A stretch of 64,000 bases of DNA from Macrostomum lignano (GCA_002269645.1 NIVC01003987.1:1-64000), one strand, 5' to 3'. Counted from the first letter of the stretch, positions 1 to 12,787 are shown. The notes: generated from the sequence alone by a model not told the origin. Translations and numbers: made by a program.

Positions 1-13
1 ATTGCATTATTTA

Positions 14-290
14 GCAGCCCGTGCGCCGCAGACAAGCTCTCAGCCTGAGTCGGCATTTCACGCCATTGATTGCTTGAGGGGGTATCCAGGAGAAGGGGGG
101 AGGGGAGCTATTGAACCCGTGGGATGCAGAATTCGCCGATGCATCTGGCGGAACTGCCTGGAACAAGTATTTCAGTCTGATTGCTAGAGAATCTTGAGGT
201 GCTGCTTTCGATTGCCGATCCCGTCCATTCTCCCAGTGCCCCCCCTACCAGCCACTTGAGGAAATTCTCCCAGTAACCGTATTCCTCTAG
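14..290 (-). other. Possible isolated exon (EEYGYWENFLKWLVG...) of a gene running off the left edge
   Basis: Minus-strand branch/acceptor-like AACTAACTAG at about 291-300, followed by a frame that stays open to a TAA near 18. No family recognised. Confidence 0.2.
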
Positions 291-1027
291 TTAGTTGAAG
301 CATGTCTTCTGTAGGCTATAGACGCAGTGTATGTGTATACAAAAAACTAATTCCGGTTTGCTAGATGCCAAGGTCTATATTGTACCAAATATGGATGAAT
401 TTCTGGTTGGTAGCTGAATTCTTGTTGCATATTTTTTATCAGTTTGCAGCTGGCTTTATGCTAAAAACTTCACTTGCATTTCTCTTTTATCGTGTCACCT
501 TGGGAACGCAGTCCTGTATTACTGATCACGCATAGTAGCTTATAGTATTTTTGTCACATCTTTACAATTTTCTAATCAAGAAGGTCAATTAAATTTGCTT
601 AAAACCATCGGGTGTTGATAGTAGCGTCATTTCATTGCGTATATTTCAAGTAAAATAGCTCTTTAAAGAGTTCATTTGCGAGGGTTGATAAAATACTGAT
701 TGATTTGCTTTTCCGAATGAATTTCGACTGCTGATTAAGACAGTCCAAGTTAGATTGTAAAAAAACTGGCCTAGAAAAATCGAATCGAGTTGACAGGATG
801 TGATTAGATTCCAATTCAAACTTGACACGCATTAAAATAGGACAAGATTTGTTTGTAAAAAATCGAATTTTTAATTAGGAAGTCGCGACAGTCACATGAC
901 TAATACACGCTCGTAGAAGGAGACTCAGCAGCTACATTGGAATATTGATTGCTTTATAAAAACAGACTGCTTCCTCAACAGTAATCAGTTTGTTAAAATC
1001 AATGTCGCACAATCGAAAAAAGTGGAG

Positions 1028-2955
1028 TCAGGGAAAAGGTCCGTGGTTGTGCTGCACAATGGTGATCCGGTCTATGATTCGACCCTGCTGATCGTCGCTG
1101 ACCTGCTCCAGGCTGAGGTGGGTGGAGTTGAAGATCTGCATCCGGGTGTAGCCATAGTCGGTGCTGCGGAACGCAGAATAGTACATCGGCGACCCGAAGG
1201 TGTCGTGACGCTCTCGACAACCAGCCGACCCAGTGACGACGTGCACAGTGCCGCGGGCTCCGAGTACGGCTCCGCCCAGCTGCCGTTGCGCACCTCCAGA
1301 CGCGTCACCGGCCACATCCTCTCGTAGGTGTGCTCGTGCGCCCACAGCGCGAGATCCACGCCGTACTTTTGGAGCAGCGGCTCCAGCGGGTACCAGCGGG
1401 CCAGGAAGCCTTCGCGCATGAACAGCGCACCGAACGTGCAGTCGTCACCGTCGTCATTGGAGCAGTACATCGGCCGGTGGCCCATAATGATTATCCAGGG
1501 CCTCGCGGCTCGGTTTTTACTGGCTCGCTCCAAATCCGCCTGCAGCCAGTCGTACTGCGACTTCAACTGGTCGACGCCGTACTCGACAAAGAAGTAAAAC
1601 TCCGTGCTGATGCCAATGATGTGCGCCGGGCCGAGGTCGAACGAATAGAACATGCTCTCGCCGTCTCCGCCGAAGCCCTTCGGCATGGTGAATCGGTTTT
1701 TATAGTGCGAGAAATTGTACATGAATTCGTGGTTGCCGACGCAGGTCATGTAGGGCAGGCGAGCCGCAATGGGCTGAATCATCTGCATGAACTGGTCGCC
1801 AGTGGCGCCGTCCTGCTCTTGCATGTCGTAGGCGAAATCGCCAACGTGCAGAATGGCGTCGTACATGCCGGCGCTGGCGTCTTGCATCAGCCGAGGCAGC
1901 GACTGAGCGTTCACCATCCCCATGTCGCCGAACATGGCCAACCGTGGGGAGAAGCCACGCTTTGGGGTGCGAAACTCGAACCAGTCGCTCCATCCGGTGG
2001 CTTGCGAACCGCAGCGGTATCTGCGCGGTTTTAAAGAGATGGCTTTGAATATTATGAAAAACAATGAAATCCGACCTGGCAAAGAAGAGATAAGAGAGAA
2101 AACAAGAGCTGGGACTTTTATGGAGATGGATATATATACTACTGCTATATACAGATACTATAGACACTCTTGACTCCTAAAAGAAACCAGGCCAGAAAAT
2201 TTGTTACTTGATGTCTCATAATAAAAGTATAATAATCATAATAATTATAGTTATTATTACCGACAGCTCAGCCGCAGCTATTGCGCGGTGCATCTGAAGG
2301 CTGCGTACGGCTGTTCAGTCCAAGGACTGGGGGGGAGGTCGCCACAGCCCCTCCTAATGGCAATGCTAATGCTGGCACCAATTTTACAGCTTGCTCAAGG
2401 ACACAAATTGTTTCGAGTGGGTCGAGAATCGAACCTCCGACCTTTTCAGTCGTGAGTCCGACGCTCGATCTATAACCATTATAGGCTACAACCCTCTATA
2501 GGATACGGCCCCCCATTATTTTAATATTCAAATAATTACTTGAACAGACCGCCCCAGCCGAGGTCGGGCAGGGTCACTCGGTGCACATATTGCGTCGCTT
2601 TTTTCGTTCCGCTGTCCACAAATATCGTAGAGCTGCCGTTGTACAATTTCTCTGTGGCATTTGGCGGCTGCACGCTCATTAGCTGCACCTGCGACTGAGT
2701 GTCATTGCGCGTACTCCAGGTCACCACCACCGAGGTCTCGTTGTCGCCGAAAGACAGGTGAATATTTCTGGGCTCGAGGCCGGACTCGGGTATGGGAGTG
2801 TACACGTACAGTGGAACCTCCGGAGATGTTGATTGGATGAACAGGTAGCCGGTGCTGCCCAGGCGACCTGTTGGCACGGTTGCTGCCAACGTCAGGCAGG
2901 CCAACGCAGCGGTGAACAGTCGGCCTGCGATGCCCAGTTTAATGCTGATTGGCAT
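1028..2955 (-). CDS. ACP7: Purple acid phosphatase (ACP7/PAPL-like), 2 exons (2955-2540, 2020-1028), with a 1-nt frameshift near 1255
   Basis: Metallophosphoesterase motifs GDMG, GDFAY, GNHE, GHRPMY, AHEH. N-terminal FN3-like region (PRNIHLSFG, VVTWST, VHRVTL) with a hydrophobic signal-like N-terminus. The phase-2 GT-AG intron 2539-2021 joins LFK|YRCGS. The C-terminal HVVTGSAGC...DYGYTRM lies in a second frame. Confidence 0.92.
2262..2490 (-). mobile_element. tRNA-derived SINE family 1, copy a (in the ACP7 intron)
   Basis: Near-identical over about 100 bp to 61023-61275 (CGACAGCTCAGCCGCAGCTATTGCGCGG...CAAGGACTGGGGG) and shares TTGCTCAAGGACACAAATTG. Minus strand has a degenerate B-box GGTTCGATTC and a (TAA/ATT)n tail at about 2225-2260. 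Confidence 0.8.
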
Positions 2956-4060
2956 GTCTTGCTGTGCTGATCAATAGCTGTAATGGCACTACAATGATGG
3001 TAGTCTTCTGCAATGCGTTTCTGAGAGTGCTAGCGTTATATATGCATGAGTTAGTTCTTATCGGGGAGCTTGCTGGGTCGTTTCACAGCTAGCTTGACCC
3101 CTGCTACACCGCACTGCAGCCCATTTATTAAGAAAATTTAGTGTCATCGCTAGGTGGTCACGTGAGTTGAATTTGCTCGCGCACACTGGTGTCTCGTTTG
3201 CCCTTTGCAAAGCATGCAGCCACCCCTGCTTGGGGGCAGAATTTCTTCTTGCTGTAAAAATGTACATGCAAGCGTATACAGCAATATTCTGATACTGGCC
3301 TAGAAATTCTTCCTAGGGCTTTAGAGTTCAGTGAATCACCTCTTTATGTACCTGGTCGAACCACGCATTATTAAAACAGGTACTGAATGTACTCGAGAAT
3401 GTTAGAAAACGTTAGTGTTTAAATCAGAATATTCTAGCTTGCACGAACAACCTCCCCTCTCATGTATCTTGCTTAAAATGATCAAATTTGCAAGTTTGCG
3501 AATGACGTAATTCTGCTGCATGTGAAGGCATCTTATCTATAGCTCAACCTTTCGATTTCTAAAATGCATTCTCGTTGATTTATTTACAGATATATACACT
3601 TTCGAATGCGTAGACTAACCCATCGCGTTCAGTTTAAACTCTAGCTATTAAACCCCATGAACAAGCTAGAAAGATGAACACATTTCCGTTAGCAGGATTT
3701 TTTGTTTTCGAGAACTGCCTGTTCACCGCCCTATTTAGTTAAGCCGTCGTACTTGTACGGCGATATGTGAAATCCATTATATTTCAATGCACACTATCCT
3801 ACTCTAGCATACTACTGATAGTAGAAATAGCTGGACAAAAATGGGACGCGAGATTGTTCGCGCAATGTGATAAAATATGCTATGATAATTATGATTCCTA
3901 CGCGAAGCTATGGACACGAAAGGCCATGTAGGTAAAGTCCCTGTGGTTCCCTAAAACATTGTGCCAATTTGATGTGGCACTAAAAAGTTAAATTTTTGTA
4001 GAAAGAATTGGCCGTATATGCGAATAGAATATAGCTGAATGGCGCGAGCACTCGCACAGC

Positions 4061-5319
4061 TCAAACTCCACTCTTGCACATGCCATGAGGCGCATGAATT
4101 GCTCGGTACTCTTTTGAGTACATGTACTCGCTACTGTAGTCTTTGTTCCTCGCCTCCCGTTCGAGTTGTGATTTTCGCTCCTCTACCTGAGCCAGCTCAT
4201 CCATTAGCAATTTCTCATTCAGCGCATCCAGGTACCTTGAGTCCCGAATGACGCCGCTGTCCGACTCTCCGCTCTTGCCGTCCAGGATGTCGCAGACTGA
4301 TTTGGTGGAGATGCCCGCCAAAGCCAGCGGTCGCTCCTGCAAGCTGGCCATTTGCCTACTTCTCTCCACTCCGCTGCGCAGCAACTCGTTGCGGTCCGGC
4401 TCCGGGCCCAAAGTCAAGCGAAGCGACTCGCACCACTTCAGCGAGTCCCAGGGCATCGCCTCCAGCAAGCGGGCCATGAAGCTGATGCGCCGCTCCGTCA
4501 GTTGGTCTTCGGCCAGTGTCTCGGACAGCTGGCTGCTAACATTGACAAAGTCTACGAGCAGGGGGCCCCACAGCTCGGCCAGGTGGGAAGTCATCCAGAA
4601 GAGATCGTGTGAGCAGGCTATGGTCAGTAGGTCGCTGAGATACGAGCCGAGCGCTGCGAACGATTCAAACTCAAATTCATGCATCTGACCACCTGTAAGG
4701 TGGGTCTTCGCTAGAGTGACACTGCGGCAGCAAGTCTGTTGCAGGTGCTCCAGCGAGGTGTAATTAATTCGAAGCAATGGACCGCGCTCTCGCAGGTACT
4801 TCATGAGGAATAGCAGCACCTGGTCTAGTCGGTATTTTCCTATCACAAACTTCAAGTGCGATACAGAGCCGCGAGAGATGTGCTCGGCCAAGTCCTGCTG
4901 GACCTGGTGATGGTTGCGGGATTACGGATTCAGTATGGGACGCGAGACAGTGGGATTCTGGACTGAGTTACTGACTTTCTGAACTTGTTGAGGATGCGAA
5001 ATTGTTGACCAAGTCATTTTTCCCTCACCTGCGAGTCCGGTCGCATCTCTTGAATGTAAAGCTCAATACCGGGACACAGGCAGGTCTTATTTGCCACCTT
5101 TTCGCCGCAATGTCGATAGTACCGGACATTCACGTAGGTGGCCTGCCGCAGGCGCCGGATGCATAGGTACACCACTTCGAACGGATCCAGAAAGCCCGGC
5201 TGTTGGCACCATTTAGCTGCGTAGAAGGTCGGCGTTACTGGTGCAGTATCTGCCAGCTGACTGGCGCAGTGCGACGCGGCGCTTCTTGCAAAGTGATCTG
5301 GCAGCTGTCTACCTGACAT
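4061..5319 (-). CDS. Uncharacterised protein with a divergent RhoGAP-like domain and C-terminal coiled coil, 2 exons (5319-5029, 4903-4061)
   Basis: Phase-0 intron CAG|GTGAGG...CACCAG|GTC joins the two ORFs in frame. By-eye similarity to RhoGAP segments: VVYLCIRRL, LMKYLRERGPLL, MTSHLAELWGPLL. An upstream exon is possible. Confidence 0.7.
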
Positions 5320-7570
5320 TATTTTTATCTGCTGCTACAGAGCTACAGAAATTAAATGGAAATTAACTGGGATTGGCCGTTGGGTTTCGAATAGACAAGG
5401 TTAAGACGCATGTAGTAACTGTAAGGTAGCGAAGACTTGTGTCTAGGGTCCGGACTACCAAAGGGCAGCAGGTACTTCAAAGCAGAGAGAAACATAGTAA
5501 AGTATATATAGCCATTCTATTTAAAGCTTCTTTCCATATATATATTGACAAGGATGAGTTTCTAGAGAACTACGAGTATAGACTAAAGTTAGTTTATTAC
5601 CCGTAATTTTGTTGCGAATTCTGGACTACGCAGGGCAATCAGTCTCATGAATACTTTTGATATAGGACCACGAGTTATATATTAATGTACACAGTCCACG
5701 TGTGAATAGAATTAAAAGTATAGTACTTTATGATGTTTTATGCTTTATTTTGTAATTATATAGTATCAATAAAAACGAAATACAACAAATAATTAGATCT
5801 TTTGCTTATGATTTTCATAAAAATCCTTTATGCAACTTATATCCAACTTAGCGATCGGACTACTCTCTAGCATCAAAATTTCTCACATTTTTATTTACAG
5901 TACAATAATTTTTGTTATAATTTATTATGCACTAGCTATACTAAAACTAGTAGATGATTTGCAGATTGCTTCTGTTAAAGTGGAGCAAATAGCAATGTAA
6001 CGACCGAAGACCGAAGTTTATATACAGAACGAAGTTTGCCTTAGTGGGATGTCCACCGCCCCCTAAATTTTTAAGTTTAAGTTTGACTTGGTGGCCCACG
6101 CCCCCATAGTCTTAACGTTATATTTTCCTGTATTTTTTCAATTTTCAAAACTCCTACCTAAATCCTACTCTGTAATTTTTAAAGTAATCCATGCATAAGG
6201 TATCATTCTGTAGATGATGAATAGGTGCGTGAATGAGAGTATTTTCGCAATATGTTACCGTTTGTTTGCAAAGTTATTGATTTTTCTAAGAAAAAATAAA
6301 TTTCCGGTTTATTCAAGTGTAACAAATTCAATTCCTTTGTAGATTTCAAGTACAGACATTTTATTTCTACTTTCTCTATTTTCTGGTATACATATTAAAT
6401 CCGGAACGTATTGCGACAATTTTATTAAGCCTACTTTTCTTTTGCTGATGTTGATGAGTTGTGTAGCGATTTATCAGGATTCACACGTAGTGAAGAAGTA
6501 GTGAACTGGGCGAGTTACAGGGAGCTGTCGAAAATACTGTCGAAAATCTGCGAACCATATTCAATATATTTAACTATTAGGTATTAGAGCCAGCACAAAG
6601 CCAAGAGCGACGAACGACAAACCAGACAACCAGACCAGCAGCTTGATGGAAATTCAAAACGTTTTTAATGGTCATTTGAAATTGAATATTAAGATTTAAA
6701 CAAAATAATGAAAACTTTATCTGACTAACAGGTCAGCCAGAACGTGCACAAATACAATTAATTAGTAGAAGATTTAAGTATCAGTAAATTATTTTGCAAA
6801 AACGGTGTACAAGAACTCAAACCGTCACAGTATTTATACAATCAAATCAAAAGAATATCGGAAATGTGTAAAATCGAATTGAAGTCAAAATTGGGTTATA
6901 ACGTCATATTTTCTAAATTAGCGATCTAAAAAACTGAAAACTTTTATGTTTTTACTTTAAATTGATGAGGACGCACTTTTCTCCAAATTTCACGCTCGCA
7001 CATGGGCTCCAAACTTGCTAGCCTACTAACAACATGCCTTTAATTTTTAAGTAACTTTTCTAGAATTCATACTAGTAGGACTTTTGTAGCTATATGAATC
7101 TGCCATACTTGTAGTCATAATAACATAGGCGCGGTTTTTTGCTGCTTTTGGGGTTATAAATCATTGCTTTTGAGCTGGTCTGACAGCCACCTGCGCCTCA
7201 CTCAAGCTGAGGCTGGCGCCAGCCGCCAGATGGTCTGAGAGGACGCGGGCGGTATAGCTTTTTTCTCATCATTTTTGACAGGCCATCAGATTTATGAGGT
7301 CAGGGCCTATTGTTCGTGTTCACTCAAGCGTTTGACAGCTTTGACAGCTATGCGTTTTACCCCTAAAAGTACTTTGGGATTGGCGATTAGCGATTTCTCT
7401 TCACCATTTTCACTTTCTACTTAATAAGATCTTTCTATTCCATATTTTTTCATTAATTTTTGTCATTCCTACGCGAAAGGTCAAAAATCATTATGTAGCG
7501 ATTTTGAGTGATTTATGGCAACACCTGGCGTATTTTTATGGCACTGAGGGAACTAATAGGATCTTCTGGT

Positions 7571-7703
7571 CACGTGAGTTTGGGTGGCAACAAGCTCAGC
7601 CAATCAAAAAATTCGACGTCAGTTATAACAAATCGGCTCAGCCAATCAGCGTCGAAGTTTTCCATTATATCAAAATTTTCTGTCCAGTTGGCGGCTATTT
7701 AAA
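7571..7703 (+). promoter_or_regulatory. Pol II promoter-like cluster
   Basis: CACGTG at 7571-7576, GCTCAGCCAATCA twice (CCAAT at 7600 and 7642), GACGTCA at 7615-7621 and TATTTAAA at 7696-7703, in canonical order. Confidence 0.5.
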
Positions 7704-9431
7704 CCGGTGTTTTTGACCCGCTCGGACCTCAACCTCCAGGGACTTTGGCCTAACTTAGACCTCCTGAAGCTCGACCGTCGTCTCTTGATCCCCGGATCGC
7801 GACTCCCGCCGTCATCATCAAGGACGAATTCCCCCGGTCGTCAGCAGCGAACATCAAGGTTAAGATCATCACCTGCTAGCTATCTGCGAAGACTGTGACA
7901 GCATCATCCCGGGTCTACAGCTTCGAAGCAGTAAGCCGATTCGGTCACTGTGGATTACCTGCATGGTCTCCGGCTGTTGAGTTTCTGATTGGTTGGGTGA
8001 GAGGCTACCTAAACTTGCTTGATTGGGTGATCCTTTATCTGTCTCCTGTTTCAGTAGCTGGATTAGGCGTACACTTTTGCTCATTTTGTTCAGTAGTGCT
8101 GTTATTGAGGCAGTCATTCAATAATACTGTTAGTAGTCTGAAACTCCAATTTAATCTGAGGTGTGAAGTGAATCAGTGAGCAAGTTAAATCTAACAGTTA
8201 TTTTTGTCGGTTTTATTTCTTTCTTCGCCGATGGCTCAGATGAGTGGCTAAGCTAATAGGCGCCGGTCACAGAGTGGACCAATGGCAAGGCAGTTCTCAG
8301 TCGATCAATCTATCAAATCAGTGAGCAAAGTTGCCAATAGTGCAGAATCGGCGCCAGAGATGTACTCTGTGCACTCTAGGTTTGCCAAGCGGCTCGGGTG
8401 ATGAATCATACGGTCTCTGAGGTTCGAGTTAGCCTATCATAAGCGCTACGAGAGGCTGGTTGGCGCGTTGAAGGCCAAAAGTACAATTCCTCGTATTTAG
8501 CAATGTAATAGTACATGTAGCTGCCCCATAGTCTGGCCACTGCCAGAATCCCCTGCACAAGTCCCCTCTGTACCTGCATGGCCAATGCGATCAAGTCCCA
8601 GCAGTGTCCCTTATAATCATCGGCTATGACCTCGAGATTGACAGCAAAAAGACACTAGTTGACAGGTACAGGTAAGTGCTAAGCCCCCTCTAGTCGGAAG
8701 CCCGATTTCGAAAGTTCCGGTTTGGTGAGCCAGGACGCACGGGCTGGTGGCAGCGGGTTAGTTAATCTGCGGATTAGCTGATCTTTACCTTCAAAATTCT
8801 CCCTGCTTGTCTCTCGCTGTCCCTCTCTTAGCTATAGGACCTAGACTGCTCGCCACACGATCAAGCTACCATGGGGCTGACCATCTGACAGGAGTGGGGG
8901 GCCAGGACTCAAATTGATTTATTTCTGAGACCTGAGGCCCGAAGACTTCCCGAAAGGGGCCGAAAAGGCCGAAACCCATCAAAATTATACACCTAAATGC
9001 TTGCTACAAAATCACACCAAGCATGTTGCTACAAGTATATGTGCAGAAATCGGAAATATATGCATCCAAAGTTTAAAAAATCAACAAAATTAAAATACAC
9101 CGCATTTTTCAATATTTGACAAACTCCTGTTCCCCTAGCTATTTTTCAACCAATACATGTAAGGTGTCCTTTTGTAGATAATTGATAGATTTATAATGCA
9201 TCATTAGATTCTTTTTGCAATAGGTTTGTATGCAAAGTTTTTGAGATATTTGCAAAAAATCAAAATGTCGTATATTTGAATTTTGAGTACTTGAATTGGG
9301 TATTATAGGCAGAGAAAAATTAACGCTTTTATACAAAAATCTAAATATCATTCAATAAATTCCCTGTGATTTTAATCGATATACATAATTAGATTATTTG
9401 CAGCATAGAGCAGTTGCTAATATGGGATAGC

Positions 9432-9660
9432 AACGTTTGTCAGCCGACGTTTGCCAGCCGACGTTTTCCAGCCGACGTTTGCCAGCCGACGTTTTCCAGC
9501 CGACGTTTGCCAGCCGACGTTTGCCAGCCGACGTTTGCCTGCGGGATGTTTGCCAGCCGATGTTTGCCAGCGGGATGTTTGCCAGCGGGATGTTTGCCAG
9601 CCGACGTTTGCCAGCCGACGTTTGCCTGCGGGACGTTTGCCAGCCGGACATTTGCAGGCG
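9432..9660 (+). repeat. 14-bp minisatellite (TTTGCCAGCCGACG)n
   Basis: About 16 direct copies read in the sequence. It is the source of the spurious overlapping ORFs at 9394-9713. Confidence 0.95.
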
Positions 9661-10350
9661 GCAATTGGTTAAAGAAGTACGCCCTCTCTAGGCTTACATG
9701 TACTTGCATTTAAAAACTGTGGACATAGCACTAATCTAATTCCACCTCGCTCCCTACTACTGCTATTGAATAGAATATACAGGTTATGAGGTTACTAACA
9801 AACTACTGTTCAGGCTTATTGAAGTTATTATAAATACTCTGAAGAAGTTATTGCTCGTGTCTGCCTAAATATAAAGGTAAAAATACAAAATAGGAGTTTC
9901 CATTGTCACGGTTGATGTCTATGTATGCCATGCATGGAATCTGGAATGGCCTTTTCCATCTCAGTGGCCAAACAAGCTAAGTGTTTACAAGCTAAATGGG
10001 AAAAGACAGACATCCATAATGGTATTGGCTTAGTCTCGCCTGTATATACTTAACTCAAAAGCCAAACTCTGCTTAACGGAGTTTGGCCATGACAGCGTGC
10101 ACTTGACAAGCTGCATTGGAATTAATTCGCTTACTTTTGGATCTCCCAATGAACTGGGAAATATATAAGCCAGAATTATCGTTCAGCAGTTCTTTTATTT
10201 GCCCAAAACTTGGCTCGTTGGAGTTTCCCGTTTAAATTTGCGTGTCTTCATTCGCAAATCAAAAATCAAACATCTCAAACTGGGAAAAGCAATAAAGCCG
10301 TCAGAAGTAAACTTTGTAATATTTCCACATTCAAAGAAATTGTTGTTAAA

Positions 10351-10510
10351 CTGGCAAACGTCGGCTGGCAAACGTCCCGCTGGCCAACGTCGGCTGGCAA
10401 ACGTCCCGCTGGCAAACGTTGGCTGGCAAACGTCCCGCTGGCAAACGTTGGCTGGCAAACGTCCCGCTGGCCAACGTCGGCTGGCAAACGTCCCGCTGGC
10501 AAACGACGGC
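10351..10510 (-). repeat. Same 14-bp minisatellite family, inverted orientation
   Basis: (CGTCGGCTGGCAAA)n, the reverse complement of the 9432-9660 unit; about 11 copies. Confidence 0.95.
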
Positions 10511-11230
10511 CCACTAATATCTGCGGGCTATATATTTTCCATTAAAAGGGCCGTTTTAGAGGTTTTATCATTTTTCGAATACAAATAGTGGTATCAAATT
10601 TCCGTTTTTGTTATTTCATCTTAAAATTCCATCTTTTCTACGAATTTTGACATCTGGCACAAATTAACGCACCGAACTTGTAAAATTTTGGAGCAATTTT
10701 GTTTCGAAATTCGCCATCCAAAATTGTTCCCTGGACTGGACCTCACTGTCAGTGTCAATGTCAACTCGTTTCGGTCGTACTAGCACCGAGTAGCGCAAAT
10801 GGGGCACGGGTAGGGCTAGCCTTGTGTGGAATGTGGATTTAAGGTGGATGGATCCACTTGGCTAGCCGCGGGCGTTTTCTACTAGTGAATTTACACGGCT
10901 AGCCGTCAGGCGCGAGCCGTGGAGGGGAGGGGAGGGGAGCAGGGGAGGGGTGGAGCTATCATAAGCGTACGTTACAAACCTAATGTACACCATTATCAGA
11001 TTTACACTAGCTTACGCGGGGTAATGTACACAAGCCTCGGGGGGGGGCGGAGAGGGGGAATCATTTTATTGCTTTCTTTGGTTTGGTTTTGCGGCTGGCC
11101 AACCGCACAGTCTAGACTCTGGACTTAATTATATGTAGTAAACAACTTTGAATTTCTTTATCTGAATCGTAGTCCATCCATAGAAAGGAAAAAGTAATAA
11201 GAAAGTTTCTTAGCTGCTTTCAAAAGTATA

Positions 11231-12669
11231 ATGAGCAGTTTAATCGAATATTTACGAAGCCTTCGAAAGGCCACAAAGCCGGGAGCTGAGGACACCACTG
11301 ACCGCCTAAATTTCGTGTGGACTCCAATGCTTCTAATCTTGTTCAGCCTAGTCGTTTTCGGCAAGGAATTTATCGGCCGGCCTATGCACTGCATATTCTC
11401 CGGTAATCCGCAGCATCATCCGTCTAATTTTATAGATTTTGCCGAAAGCTACTGCTGGGCTCACGGGACGTATGTCTACTCGAAGGATGCTATAGTAAAA
11501 CTCACTGGATACAGGAGTTCTGAAGAACAAGAATACTACTGGGATCATACTATTTCTAACCAGCTCCTCACTTATTACCAGTGGGTACCGTTCGCTCTGC
11601 TACTACAGTGCATTGTCACTTATCTACCAAAATTAATCTGGCAGATGATTTGCAGCCGGCGTTTCGGATCAGACATCTATAGTCTTGTTAGCCTAGCAGC
11701 CGAGGCTAAGACCAGCACTGACAATGACTTCCGTGAGCAGGCGTCTCGCATTGCAGACGTTATCGAACGAATGCTAGTTTATAATCGAGAGTTCCGGAAT
11801 GGCCGACTGCAACGGATGAAGTCTGCTTTGTATAATCGGTGCAATTTTCTAGTGCCCAGTAAGCGAATGGGCACTATGCTGACTCTGCTGTACATGTTGG
11901 TTAAGCTGCTGTGCCTTGCCAACGCGATGGGCCAGCTAATGTTCATGTCCGCCTTTCTCGGCTTCCAACAGCTGGGCTTGCAGGCCTACGGCTCCGCCAT
12001 GTTGCAGCACGCAGTCAGCGCTCGCGGACTCTGGCAATCCACTATGCTATTCCCGCTGCACACCCTGTGCTATATCCGCCTCCGACTGGATCCCGGAGCT
12101 ACTAACGCCTATATCGGACAGTGCACCCTGCCAGTTAACATTCTCAACGAAAAGATCTATATATAGTTTTGTTTTTCTGGTTCCTAATGCTGACTTTTGT
12201 CACGCTAATCAGCATTGGAGTGTGGCTATTCCGACTGCTGTGCACTTGCAATCAAGTGCAATTTGTCAAGCGCTTCTTGCACCTGTCCGATCCCAGCCTG
12301 CAAGCTGACCGTTCTTCTGTTAAATCCTTCGTATCCAAGTTTCTACGTCACGACGGCGTGTTTCTCGTGCTGATTCTGAGCGAAGGCTCCGACAAGATCA
12401 TCACTACTGAGGTGGTCCGGCTGCTCTACCAGAGATGGCGTTGCCAGCACCGCGGCCGCGATCTGACCAGAGGCTGCGAATTCTCCGACCTCACCGACAA
12501 AGTGTCGGCCGCCGACTGCGGCAGCGGCGGCGACGGCGGCGGCGGTGTCGGCTGCAAGCTACCAAAGGGAGGCGGCCGCGCCGGCGACGAGCCTTCAACT
12601 TGCAAAATGCGATGCACCAACAATGTCTATGGCATTGCAGGCGATGAGAGCGGACTGTTGGCTGTGTGA
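11231..12669 (+). CDS. inx: Innexin (gap-junction/pannexin family), intronless, with a 2-nt frameshift at about 12158-12165
   Basis: DDTTDRLN-type N-terminus, GRPMHC, YCW, YYQWVP, LPKLIW, FPLHTLC and C-x-LPVNILNEKIY motifs. TM4 (FFWFLMLTFVTLISIGVW) continues in another frame after TATATATA. Confidence 0.93.
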
Positions 12670-12787
12670 TGTCAATCGTCAGCGCTCGTGTACTGATAGT
12701 GAGTCACTGTGTGTACGGGGCTGCTCAGTTCTTATCAAAGTTATCCTAGCTAGAATTCCCAGTGTCTCTCAATTATCCTTGTGTCGC

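Noticed and set aside
1330-2034. 234-aa plus-strand ORF, and similar antisense ORFs over the GPCR, ankyrin, BBS2 and GLE1 exons
   Set aside because: Shadow ORFs expected opposite GC-rich coding exons.
3811-3828. 18-bp ACTACTGATAGTAGAAAT also found at about 51690
   Set aside because: Too short to define an element; may be a transposon-end remnant, but the flanks do not align.
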